From Octopus sinensis (Eukaryota): a stretch of DNA of 64,000 bases. Every line of letters starts with the position of its first letter. Position 1 is the stretch's first letter. The DNA is taken from NCBI RefSeq assembly GCF_006345805.1, contig NC_043004.1, positions 78,120,001-78,184,000 on the forward strand, read 5' to 3'. Below, in pieces: positions 39,726 to 51,818 of this stretch. Both the position numbers and the translations under genes were made by a program. The notes under the pieces were generated by a model. That model searched no databases and was not told the DNA's origin. It saw nothing but the letters and a program-made list of their open reading frames with translations.

Positions 39726-40223
39726 TAAGGTGGCAAGATGGCAGAATCGTTAGTTCGCTGAATGAAATGCTATGTGGTATTTTGCCCATCGCTACATTCT
39801 GAGTTCAAATATTGCAGAAGTTGACTTTGCCTTCCATCCTTTCAGGGTCGATAAATCAAGTACCAGTTGCATACTGGGGTCAATCTAAACGACTGGCCCC
39901 ATCCCCAAAACTTTCGGGCCTTGTGCCTTTAACAGAAATGATTATTATTGCTTTTATTATTATTATTTTTTTTTTTTTTATTATTATCATAGAGGGTGGT
40001 AAGCTGGCAGAATTGTTAGCACGCTGGGCAAAATGCTCAGCAGTATTTCATCTGTCTTTACATTCTGAGTTCAAATTCCGCTGAGGTCAGCTTTATCTTT
40101 CATCCTTTCAGAGTCGATAAATTGAGTACCAGTTGCTTACTGGGGTCAGTCTAATCGACTGGCCCCCCCCCCATCCCCAAAAATTTCAGGCCTTGTGCCT
40201 TTAACGGAAATGATTATTATTAC

Positions 40224-40256
<33 letters not shown>

Positions 40257-40500
40257 CATAGAGGGTGGTGAGCTGGCAGAATTGTTAGCACGCTGGGCAA
40301 AATGCTTAGCAGTATTTCATCTGTCTTTACATTCTGAGTTCAAATTCCGCCAAGGTCAGCTTTATCTTTCATCCTTTCAGTGTCAATAAATTAAGCACCA
40401 GTTGCTTACTGGAGGTCAATCTAATCGACTGGACCCCTTCCCCCAAATTTCAGGCTTTGTACCTAGAGTAGAAAAGATTATCATTATTATTATTAACAGT
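39726..40500 (+). mobile_element. Three tandem Meta-like SINE copies separated by (ATT)n
   Basis: Heads at ~39726, ~39993 and ~40261; copies 2 and 3 are near identical including their upstream spacers. Confidence 0.85.
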
Positions 40501-41569
40501 ATCGTTATTAAGGTTGTTAGAGCTTTGGCCAAAATGCTTTACCGTATTTCATCCTTTCGAGAATAATAAAGATAAATACCAGTCAAATACTGAGACTGAT
40601 GAATTCAACTTTCCCTTTTGTCTTGCAGGCTAAATACAAACTCTCTGGTGATGGTGCCACTCATTACGGTCTGTAAATTGGTTGGCAAATGAGTGAAGAC
40701 CTCAAAGAGACGAAGAGACCCTTGAAGCTTGTCCTGTTGAGGACAAGGAGACTGGTTTGGTGTTAATATCCAAACAAAATACACCCAGTACAATCTGTAA
40801 AGTGGGTAGCTTTAGGAAGGGTACATGGCTATAGAAACCTACCGATATGAAATGTAGGAGTGAGGTAGAGTCCTTCAGTCATGTCTAAGAGGACAGTAAT
40901 TAAAAAAAAGAAGAAAAAAAAAAGAACCGTGATGATTTGTCTAACTCATACCAATGTAGAAAATGGAAAGTGATGATGGTGATGATGGTGGTGGTGTTGT
41001 TGGTGAAGGGGTGGTAATGGTTGTAACGATGATGATGATGATGATGATTATGGTGAGGATTCTCATCAAATTTTATGCATGACACTCACTAAACTTTTAA
41101 AATATAAATACCCTTAATTGCAATTATTTCTTCAACCAATTAATCAATTTTTTTTCTTGTTAATATTTCGAGTCAAGTTACCAAAACCGTTGCAGACTAA
41201 GATACCTCCATAACAGTCATCCTTTGTTAAAAGGATTCATTTAATTTCTAATGCTTTGAAAAAAAAAAAAATAACCAACAAATTAACAAAAAAAGAAAAA
41301 AAGAAAAAAAGAAAAAGAAATCAAAATTAATGAAGATAATATCTCGTTCTTCCCTCTCTCTTCCCTACTCTTTTGTGATTAATTCACTTTAATTACGTCT
41401 CAAAGCAACCAAAGAGATTAAATTATATTTCATTTTAATACACGTTTCCCCCTTCCTTTTCACTAACATCACAATGTTGATCCATGAATACACAGGATAC
41501 AGGCATGGTTGTGTGGTGAAGAAACTTGCTTTCAAACCATGTGGTTTGAGGTTCAATCCTACAGCACGT

Positions 41570-41890
41570 GGACGTACGTGGCTTAGTGGTTAGGGCATTT
41601 AACACACGATCATAAGGTTGTGAGTTCAATTCCCAGCAACGTGTTGTGTCCTTGAGCAAGACACTTTATTTCACGTTGCTCCAGTCCATTCAGGTGGCAA
41701 AAATATATTGTATCTGTATTTCAAAAGGGTCAGTCTTGTCACATACTAAACTACACTGAATCATGCCGAGAACTACGTTAAGGGTAAGTATGTCCGTGGA
41801 GTACTCAGCCACTTGCATGTTAATTTCATGAGCAGGCTGTTCTGTTGACTGGATCAAATGGATCGTCGTCATAAGTGACAGAGAGCCAAG
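41570..41890 (+). mobile_element. Further tRNA-derived SINE family
   Basis: TGGCTTAGTGG / GAGTTCAATTCC boxes and GTGTCCTTGAGCAAGACACTT. The tail GTGGAGTACTCAGCCACTTGC..TTAATTTCATGAGCAGGCTGTTC also occurs at ~15515-15660 and reversed at ~60920-61100; related heads at ~3475 and ~34005. Confidence 0.7.
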
Positions 41891-42029
41891 TGTCTTTTAC
41901 TAAAACCATATGAGTGAATTTGGTAGATGGAAACTGAAAGAAGCCCAGTGAATGAGTGAGTGAACCTGTAACGACCTCCAGCCTCAACAAATTCCATTTG
42001 ACCCATGCAAGAATGGAAGAGTGACTACA

Positions 42030-43030
42030 ATATTCTTTTCTGCTCTAAGCACAGGGCCTGGATTTGGGGGGGGGCAGTCGATTAGATCGACCCCAGTATG
42101 CAATTGGTACTTAATCAACCCCCAAAAGAGTGAAAGGCAAAGTCAGCATTGGTGGAATTTGAACTCAGAACGTAGCGGCAGACGAAATACCTGTTTCTTT
42201 ACTACCCACAAGGGGCTAAACATAGAGGGGACAAACAAGGACAGACAAATGGATTAAGTCGATTATATCAACCCCAGTGCGTAACTGGTACTTATTTAAT
42301 TGAACCTGAAAGGATGAAAGGCAAAGTCGACCTCAGCGGAATTTGAACTCAGAACGTAGCGGCAGATGAAATACCACTAAGCGTGTCACCCGGCGTGCTA
42401 ACGTTTCTGCCAGCTCGCTGCCTTAGGGTGAATGTAACATTACAACAACAACGACAACACAAAGAAACATTACCATTTGAACCAGTAACCCCTTGGTTTG
42501 TTGAATAAATAAACAGATCTCTAATGAACCATACAAACCAATTTCCAAGTTACAGGAATAGTTTTATAGAAAAACCTTTAAAATCTTTCAGAAAAAAAAA
42601 CAACAGAAAATAACAATTTCAACTTTTAGCACAAGGCCAGCAGGGGAAGAGGATCAGTTGATCACATTGACCTGGTACTTATTTTATCAACCTCAACAGG
42701 ATGAAAGGTAAAGTCAACATCAGCAAAATTTGAACTCAGAACATGGACAAAACACTAAGCATTTCGCCCACCGTGCTAACAATTCTGCCAGCATCCCACC
42801 TTAATAATAATAATAATCCTTTGTATTATAAGTACAAGGTCTGAAATTGGGGGAGGGGGATAGTCAATTACATTGACCCCAGTGTCTCACTGGTACCTAA
42901 TTTATCAACCCCAATGGGATGAAAGGTAAAAATCGATCTCAGTGAAATTTGAACTCAGAATGTAACGACAGGTGAAATACTGCTAAGACCTTCACCTGGC
43001 ATGCTAACCATTCTGCTAGCTCACTGCCTT
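42030..43030 (-). mobile_element. Cluster of 4-5 Meta-like SINE units
   Basis: Repeated GGATGAAAGGCAAAGTCGACC..GAATTTGAACTCAGAAC motifs; includes a dimer at ~42050-42424. Confidence 0.8.
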
Positions 43031-43051
43031 AATAATAATAATAATAATTAG

Positions 43052-43544
43052 ATGCAAATAGGCCAGACCTCATATTGAAAGACTTCACACAAAAATCATG
43101 CCTCCAATCAATATAAAGGTACCTATCAAGACCTACCAAAAACTGAGCAAGTGTAAAAATCTTGAAACAGAAATTGGCAAAATGTGGAACCTGAAGACTA
43201 AAATAATACCTGTTGTCATAGGTGCCCTAGGAATAATAGCAAAAGGGGCTGATTGCTACCTGGCTCAGATACCAGGAAAACCCCAAAATGGCAGAAATTC
43301 AAAAGATAGTGCTCATGGGAATTGCCCATATCCTGCATAAAATACTGTCAATGTAATCTCAAATTTTAAAACAAACTTATAATCTTATGGTTTTTTTAGA
43401 CATTCACTAGTACAACACTAAGTACAAAACCAAATATATGGCACACTAGGCATAACACCAACATGAACTTCAAACTTGTTGTCTCTTGAGGTATCCAGGT
43501 GAGACTTGGAGCCAACTTGTACAAATATAAAGCAAAAGTCAAAC

Positions 43545-43548
<4 letters not shown>
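43052..43548 (+). mobile_element. R4/Dong-type LINE 3' fragment (restriction-like endonuclease end) inside (AAT)n
   Basis: KLSKCKNLETEIGKMWNLKTKIIPVVIGALGII..LAQIPG, then after a frameshift EIQKIVLMGIAHILHKILSM*; flanked on both sides by (AAT)n. Confidence 0.8.
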
Positions 43549-43586
<38 letters not shown>

Positions 43587-45808
43587 TAATAATAATAATA
43601 ATAATAATAATGATGATAATAATAATAATATGGTGCTTGCGTGGCTATGAGGTGAAAAGTTTGCTTCCCAACCACATGTTTCCAGGTACAGTCCCACTGC
43701 ATGGACGAGTTTTCTTCTATTATAGCCTCAGACTGACCAAAGCCTTGTGAATGGATTTGGTAGATGGAAACTGAAAGAAGCCTCTCATGTGTGTGTGTGT
43801 GTGTGTGCGTATGTGTGTGTATTTGTCCCTACCACTGCTTGACCACTAGTGTTAGTGTGTTTACATCCGCATAACTTAGCAGTTTAGCAAAAGAGACCAA
43901 CATAATAAGTACCAGGCTCTAAAATAAATAAATAAATAAGTAATGGAGTTGATTCAATCAACTAGAAATTCTTCAAGACAGTGCTCCAGTATGGCCTCAG
44001 TCTAATGACTGAAACAAACAAAAAATTAAAGAATAATAATTAAAATGCCCAGTGCTACATCTCAGAGGTAAGATAGAATTAAGAAAATTTACCATTATTG
44101 ATTGTAATTAAAGAGAATAATTTGTAAGAATTCATTTTATTTGAAAGCTGGAATTCAAAAGAAAAAAACCTCAGAATAAAAAAATAAACCTTTTTGTTTT
44201 GTTTTCGTAAAATAGCAGCTGTGAATTGTATGATTAAATGAAATAAAGAATCTTTCGCAGTAATTTCACAACGCTTTACCAAAACGGTATTAAACACTGC
44301 ACATAATTGCAGGCTCCTTTCACTCTAAGACTTTTCTTTTGTGTGCCATTCTTCTTTGTTTCAGTTTTCCTTCCCTGAATTCCACGAGTTTCCTTCCCAA
44401 CACACACACATACTCTTTTACTCTTTTACTTGTTTCAGTCATTTGACTGCAGCCATGCTGGAGCACCACTGTTAGTCGAGCAAATCCACCCCAGGACTTA
44501 TTCTTTATAAGCCTAGTACTTCTTCTATCTGTCTCTTTTGCCGAACCACTAAGTTACGGGGACATAAACACACCAGGATCAGTTGACAAGCAATGTTGGG
44601 GCTCAAACAGACACACAAACATATACACACACATACATATATATGACAGGCTTCTTTCAGTTTCCGTCTACCAAATCCACTCACAAGGCTTTGGTCGGCC
44701 CAAGGCTATAGTAAAAGACATTTGCCCAAGGTGCCACGCATTGGGACTGAACCCAGAACCATGTGGTTGGTAAGCAAGGTACTTACCACACAGCCACTCC
44801 TATGCATCTTTTATCTTTTACTAGTTTCAATCTTTATACTGCAGCCATACTGGAGCACGGCCTTGAAAAATTTTTAGTCGAATGAATTGCCCCAGTACAT
44901 ATTTCTTTTTTAAACTTGGTAATATTCTATTGGTCCCTTTTGCCAGACTCCTAGTTAATGGGGACGTAAGCACATCAGCACAGTGGTGGAGGGAGGACAA
45001 GCACACACACACACCATGTATTTATCTATGCAAACCAATGGAGCCAGCCTCTATGCAGTTACCACACCTGCTAGACATAGCAACTGAATTACCTTAAATC
45101 ACACTCAACTGGTTTAAAAAAATAAAAAAATGGAAGGACACACTGTATAATTTAATCTTAAAAAACTGGGATGGTCATGGCTGGAATACTTTTGACTATG
45201 TCTGTTTAACCAGGACTGACTTAGGACTAAGCAATAGCAACCAGCCTTGTTACACACACATCGGCATTGCACTTATTCCACTTATAAAGATCTTTAAATC
45301 TTCAACTTGATAATTGTTTGGTTGTTCTCCACCACCAAAAGGAATATAAAACAATATTTTAAGAGTAATTTGCATATTTCTAATCTCTGGCTAATTAGTT
45401 AATACTCCAATTAATTGATTATTATCCTTATAATTAATTACCATCATCATTATAATTGATTATTATTATTTTCCAGTAGTCATATTGTTGTGATGTGCTT
45501 CTACTGCACTTACCAAGTGCAGTTCTTTGTGCCTTGGACACGTGAAGTATTTTGTTATTCTTACTATTTTGGTTTCAAGGTTTGGCACAAGGCCAGCAAT
45601 TTCCAGGAGAGGGATAAGTTGATTACATCAACCCCAGTATTCAACTGGTACTTATTTTATTGACCCCAAGAAGGATGAAAGGCAAAGTCAGCCTCAGCAG
45701 TATTTGAACTCAAAATGTAGAGATGGGCAAAATGCTGCTAAGCCTTTTGCCTGGCATGTTAATGATTCTACCAGCTCACCACCCTCTTTATTATTATTAT
45801 TATTATTA

Positions 45809-46162
45809 TTACCTCCTCCATAGCAAAGGCAGAAGTATTGTTTTCAGTTGTGTTTCTTTGTCTGTGGACAAGATATCTCAAGAACCACTAGATAGATTTG
45901 GACGAAACTTTCAGGGATGTTTAGCCTCATGACTAACATGAACTGACTAGATTTTGGGATCTATCCAGTACCGGAGAAGGATTCTAGATTATTTTTCCTG
46001 TCTTTTTTTACTTAATTTTTGAGAGCGGTCATGTTCATTTTTAGTATTTGTGAGAGCAGCTGAGTTTATTTCCCATATTCTCATTTTAAAAATCATCTCC
46101 AGTAAATTGTTGAGGGGACGTTGGTGTTACCTTGGCAGAGGTTTGTGCTCTCTGAGTGCTCG
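45809..46162 (+). mobile_element. HINE/DINE-1-like non-autonomous Helentron-type element
   Basis: Starts TTACCTCCTCCATAG and ends CCTTGGCAGAGGTTTGTGCTCTCTGAGTGCT (degenerate sub-terminal inverted repeat plus 3' motif); sits in T-rich (TTA)n sequence. Confidence 0.55.
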
Positions 46163-47591
46163 TTATTATTAATATTATTATTATTATTACTATGTTGAAA
46201 GTGTATTACATAGAATGTGTGGAGTGCACTTGCCGTCACCTATTATTATAGGGATTATTTCTATTTCCAAGTACTACATTTGGGTTACCTCTGTTCCTAG
46301 ATCTTTGTATTTCGATCATCATTATCATCGTCATTGTTTAATGTCCACTTTCCATGCTGGCATGGGTTGGACAGTTTGACTGAGGATTGGCAAGCTAGAA
46401 GGCTGTGCTAGGCTCCAATCTGATCTGGCAAGGTTTCTACAGTTGGATGCCAACCACTCTGAGAGTGTAGTGGGTGCTTTTTACGTGCCACCAACACAAG
46501 GGCCAGACAGGTGGTACTGGCATCGACCACACATGAATGGTGCTTTTTATGTGCCACCGGCACAGGAGCCAGTGAGGCAGCACTGGCAATGACCATGCTC
46601 GAATGGTGCTTTTTACATGCCACCAGCATGGGATCCAATCAGGCAGCCGGGAGCCAGCTTTCAGAGCTATATTACCATCTGTTAGGACTGATACATTGAT
46701 TAAGCAGCATTTTTCTTGGAGATCATTAATAACAATATCTGGTCAATTAACCTTAATATTTGTTTTGCATGTGTGTGTGTATTGGTATATCCCTGAGTAT
46801 GGTCCCAGTTATTCTCAGATCTTTCCTACTGAATGTTTATACTATTGACCTCAGTACTTGGCTGATACTCTATTCTATCTGTGCCCAAAAGGACAAGAGA
46901 CAAAGTTGACGTCTGCAGGGTTTGATCACAGAATGTAAAGAGTTGGAAGATATGTTACTAAGCATTTTGCCCAACATTGCTAACAATTGTACAGCTGTGA
47001 AGAGGAACCAGTCATAATAGATTATCCTTACCACAGGATCTATTACCTTCGCAGCAAAGATGCTGAAACTAAGAAATGTGTACCCAGCCCCCATGCGATG
47101 TGGACAATGGACCTTGGCTCTTGGTCTTGTTTAGGCAAGTATGTACATCTGCAATAGTGAAATACTGCCACTTCCATAGTTTCTGGATTATGAGGGTCTG
47201 TGATAGGTAAAGCACAGGTGATAGTAGCTGCATTAATCCAGTCACCTGAACAGGTTGCATTCTCTGTTACAACAGCTTTTAAAGATTATAGGGGCAAGCA
47301 TGGCTGTGTGGTTAAGAAGTTAGCTCCCCAACCATATGGTTTTGAGTTCAGTCTCACTGTGTGGAACCTTGAGCAAGAATCACCGAAAATAGCCCCAGGC
47401 TGACCGAAGTTTTATGAGTGGATTGACAGAAACTGAAAGGGGTCTGTTGCAAGCGTGTGTGTATGTGCATGCGTGTGTGCGTGTGTTTCTGTTTCCTTGT
47501 CTTCATATCATGTAGTAAATAAATATCATTGTCAAACAACCAATGTCATTTATTTCCAATCAGTCAACCAATTGTGGTCGTAAGTTGACAA

Positions 47592-47870
47592 TGACGTAGT
47601 GGTTAAGATTCTGAGTTCGATTCCAGGCAGTGACCTGAATGATGATGATGGTGATGGTGATGATGGTGGTGGTGGTGATGATGATGATGTCGTCGATGTC
47701 GAAAAATACCTTAGGAATGAGAACCCAAGTTTGAAATTTCCCCAAGACACCTGATGAAGTCTGGAGGTTATATCAGCCGAAACATTGTGTTAACAATAAA
47801 CAAGATGAAGACAAATATCCGTCAAATGTAAATAATGTACATAATTCCTCATCTCTTAAATACAGAACTG
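47592..47870 (+). mobile_element. Same tRNA/hammerhead SINE family
   Basis: B box GAGTTCGATTCC, (GAT/GGT)n spacer, hammerhead-like module at 47746-47791 and shared tail ATGTACATAATTCCTCATCTCTTAAATACAGAACTG. Confidence 0.8.
47746..47791 (+). ncRNA. Minimal type I hammerhead ribozyme-like motif (degenerate copy)
   Basis: GACAC CTGATGA A GTCTG GAGGTTATAT CAGCC GAAA CA TT GTGTT: stem I GACAC/GTGTT, core CUGAUGA and GAAA, stem II with one mismatch. Confidence 0.65.
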
Positions 47871-47872
47871 CA

Positions 47873-47942
<70 letters not shown>

Positions 47943-48197
47943 ATAATACATATATTTCTTTCTTTTTGCAAGGTTGCAGGTGCTGGTATCACATAAAAGA
48001 ACACTCGTGCTGGTGCCACATAAAAAGCCCCTGGCACCATGTTCTGTAAACAGGTTGGCATTAGCAAGGCAATCCAACCATGCCAAAACAGACAACTGGA
48101 ACCCAATTCAGCTCTCTGGCTTGCCAGCTCCTGTCAAACTATCCAACCTATGATATTAAATGATAATGATGAGACACACACAAACATACACACATAT

Positions 48198-48247
<50 letters not shown>

Positions 48248-49494
48248 GTACATACATACACACACACATATATATACGTACATACATACATATGTATTAT
48301 CTGATTATGTAATAGAATCAGAGCCATCAGCACCAAGCTGCATATCTATTGATTCTTAATTGTGACAGAGCAGACAGCAGCTGTAACTATTTACTACCTT
48401 GTCTGATATTAAAAAATAATACGATACGCTATGATATATACGAGATGATATTGACTCAGAACCAATGAAATATTTTGTTCAATATGCTATTATAACGCTG
48501 GTGCAATAAGATAAAAAAAAAACAGAATTTTGATTATGTAAATATATTTAGTTTTTGCTACGCAAACTGTTTCATGTTAGAACCTGAAATGAGAGAGTTT
48601 ATTATAACAAACAATTGGAATTCCACTCTTCATTCTTTGATTCTCCTGTGACCAGGAATAGCTGATTACATGCTTGCTCAATCAAGTGTTTACACATTAA
48701 AATCATTCAATTATGAACAGAATAACAGAATGTGATGCAGCTTTAAAAAAAAAAAGGGAAAAAAAGAACAGATGACCAAGAATAATTAAATATGATTTCA
48801 CAATGCATTTGACTATCCATTTTATGTATCAAAACATATTTTGCGTTGCTGCTTGCTGTGAATATTGTTTTAGGTTAAAGCTAATGAGAGTTTGTGATTG
48901 AGTCTCCATTCAATTTCCCCTCTGCTGAAACTTGTTTATATAATTGATCATTCAGCCATATGCACACTTAATAAAGATTCTGTTATGTAACACAATATGG
49001 TGCTGTTTTCACAAAAATTAACCATCCCTCGAGGTAGGATGCAGAATGTTTGCAGGCTCCTTCCTCTCCAGGGACTACAACATGCTAGGCATCACAGAGG
49101 CCTATAGGCAGTAGGGGCTAGTAAAGAGTAGGGGATAGTAAGCAGTAGGGAAGAATAGACAGAAGGTCATCATGTTGGCTGTGGGGGTAGTAGAGGTTGC
49201 ATCAAAGTAGCTGTAGATTTTTGAAGGGGACAGTGCTACCAGGGGTGGTGCTACCAGGGCATAATTTTGATCAACCCTAGCTGAGACACTTGGGTGTGTG
49301 TGTGTTGGTTGAAAGATCCAAAATAAATGTCAAAAGTTGTGTAGTAAGAAGTATGCTTCTTAACTATATGGTACTACTGTGTGGTGCCTTGGGTAATATC
49401 TTATAGGAAAGCTCTAAGCCAACCAAATCCTTGTGAGTTGGTTTTGTAGACAGAAACTGAAAGAAGCCTATCATATACATACATATGTGTGCAC

Positions 49495-49525
<31 letters not shown>

Positions 49526-49564
49526 TATTATCATCATCATCTTACGTCCATTGTTCATGCTGGA

Positions 49565-49710
49565 CAGTTTGACTGGGTTGGATGGCTTGACTGGGCTGGA
49601 CGGTTTGACTGGGTTGGATGGCTTGACTGGGTTGGACGGTTTGACAGGGCTGGATGGTTTGACTTGGCTGGACGGTTTCACTGGGTTGGACAGTTTTAGT
49701 GGGTTGGCAC
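49565..49710. repeat. 18-bp minisatellite (GTTTGACTGGGTTGGACG) x ~8
   Basis: Tandem units visible; the unit equals a segment of the RTE 3' UTR end. Confidence 0.9.
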
Positions 49711-50011
49711 GTTGTGCCAGGCTCCAGTTTGATTTGGCATGGCCAGCATGGAAAACAGCTGTTAGGTAATGATGATGATGATGTGTGTGGTGGAAGTGAG
49801 GGGAGTGCAGAACTGTGAGTGAGATGGAGTGAAGGTTGCAAGAGTGAGAGATGGAGGAGGGTGAGGAGGTAAATATAATGAACAAAGGTCAAGTGTTAAG
49901 TGAATAAGAAGGTAATAATTGGATAAGGGTTGAGGGTTGAATGTAATGAATACTAGATAAGGGAGTGGGGTGGGGATTATCACTAATCTATTACTAATAT
50001 ACATATATTCA

Positions 50012-50249
50012 GGCATATGGCATAGTGGTTAAGAGTGTGGGCTACCAACCCCAAGATTCCGAGTTCGATTCCAGGCAGTGACCTGAATAATAATAGTAAT
50101 AATAATAACATTGAAAATACCTTAGGAATGAGAATCCAGGTTCGAAATTTCCCCAAGACACCTGATGAAGGCTGGAGGGTAAATCGGCCAAAATGTTGTG
50201 TTAACAACAAATAAGATGAGGACAAATATCCGTCGAATGATAAATAATG
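50012..50249 (+). mobile_element. tRNA-headed SINE-like element with (AAT)n spacer and hammerhead-like 3' module
   Basis: A box TGGCATAGTGG, anticodon-like arm GGGCTACCAACCCC, B box GAGTTCGATTCC, (AAT)n, then GACAC-CTGATGA-A-GGCTG...CGGCC-AAAA-TG-TT-GTGTT. Confidence 0.8.
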
Positions 50250-51173
50250 CATGTATATATATTAGTAATAATATTTATTTATTGCTAATTCTGCTCAAAA
50301 ACTAGGACCACAGGTATAACTAAACAGAATTTAAATATTAATTAATGAAAAAAATTTAGTTCTGATAAAATATTCCAATTTGGTAATAATTACCTGCATC
50401 TTCATCCATCTTGACATTTAATTAATTAATCATTGCTATAATTAATTTTTTTTTACTTGTTTAAGTTATTAGGCTGTGATCATACTGGAGCACCACCTTG
50501 AAGAACCCTGGTACTTACTTTTTTAAGTTTGGTACTTATTCTATCAGTCTTTTTTGCTAAACTGCTAAGTTATGGGGATGTAAACACACCAACACTAGTT
50601 GTGAAGTGGTGGTGAGGGGGCACAGACACAAAGATATACACACACATATACACAAATATACACACACACACACACATATATCATTTTAGAAAGAAAAGGA
50701 CAAGAAAAACCAAGGCAGGACAAGTGATTGCTTTTGAGGTAAATGGAGCATGAAAGCGAGGTAGAGTGAGGAAAAGATGGAGGGGACAGGTGGAGGAGGA
50801 GATTGGGAGAGTTGGTTTGAAAAAGGAGGACGCCCAAAACTGGGCAAGATGGCAAGATGGTGTGAAGGTGGTTGCTATGGCACTGAGATAAATCCAGCCA
50901 CCCCAATTAACGGGGACAAAACCCATATTTAAAATACTGAATGATGATGATGAGATATGTATAAAAAAAAGTTTAAAATAACGGTCATTTCATACTTTGC
51001 CATTATTGGAGTAAATTTGGCTTACAGCTGTTTCCAGTAGTCATTATAGGTTCATTACTGATAGGTTTACTCAATTGGTCTATTGATAAAAAATTGAATG
51101 ACCTAAGAAAATCAATGCTACTTTTGCCGGAGCTATTTTTCATTATAACAAGCAGAACACTGATGGAATGGAG

Positions 51174-51175
<2 letters not shown>

Positions 51176-51205
<30 letters not shown>

Positions 51206-51600
51206 TATTTAACGTCTGCTTTCCATGCTAGCATGGGTTGGACGATTTTGACTGTGGGCTGGTGAACCAGATGGCTGCACCAGGCTTCAATCTTGATCTG
51301 GCAGAGTTTCTACAGCTGGATACCCCTCCTAACGCAAACCACTCCGAGAGTGTAGTGGGTGCTTTTACGTGCCACCAGCACGGGAGCCAGTCGGGCGGTA
51401 CTGGCAACAACCTCGCTCAAATTTTTTTTTACACATGCCAACAGCACAGGTGCCAGTAAGGCAATGCTGGTAATGATCCCGCTCAAATGGTGCCTCCTAC
51501 ATGCCACCGGCACGGAAGCCAGTTAGCCGCTCTGGCAACGATCATGCTCAGATGGTGCTCTTAGCACCCTACTAGTACGGGGCACAAGTGTCAGTAAGGC
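51176..51600 (-). mobile_element. RTE 3' UTR truncated copy
   Basis: (ATC)n tail and tandem units. Confidence 0.8.
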
Positions 51601-51602
51601 GA

Positions 51603-51680
51603 AGCTGATATATATACAGCCTTCATCAGGTGTCTTGGGGAAATTTCGAACTTGGGCTCTCATTCCTAAAGTATTTTTGA

Positions 51681-51731
<51 letters not shown>

Positions 51732-51818
51732 TACTATTATTATTCAGGTCACTGTCTGGAATCGAACTCGGAATCTTAAGGTTGGTAGCCCGCGCTCTTA
51801 ACCACTATGCCATATGCC
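51603..51818 (-). mobile_element. Same tRNA/hammerhead SINE family, 3'-truncated
   Basis: Reverse complement has an intact tRNA head (GGCATATGGCATAGTGGTTAAGAGCGCGGGCTACCAACC..GAGTTCGATTCC), (AAT)n and GACACCTGATGAAGGCTG. Confidence 0.8.

Noticed and set aside
50012-50085. Functional tRNA gene (Ser-like anticodon loop CTAC[T/C]AA)
   Set aside because: No acceptor-stem pairing or T-run terminator, and it is always fused to the SINE body; likewise for the other tRNA-like heads.
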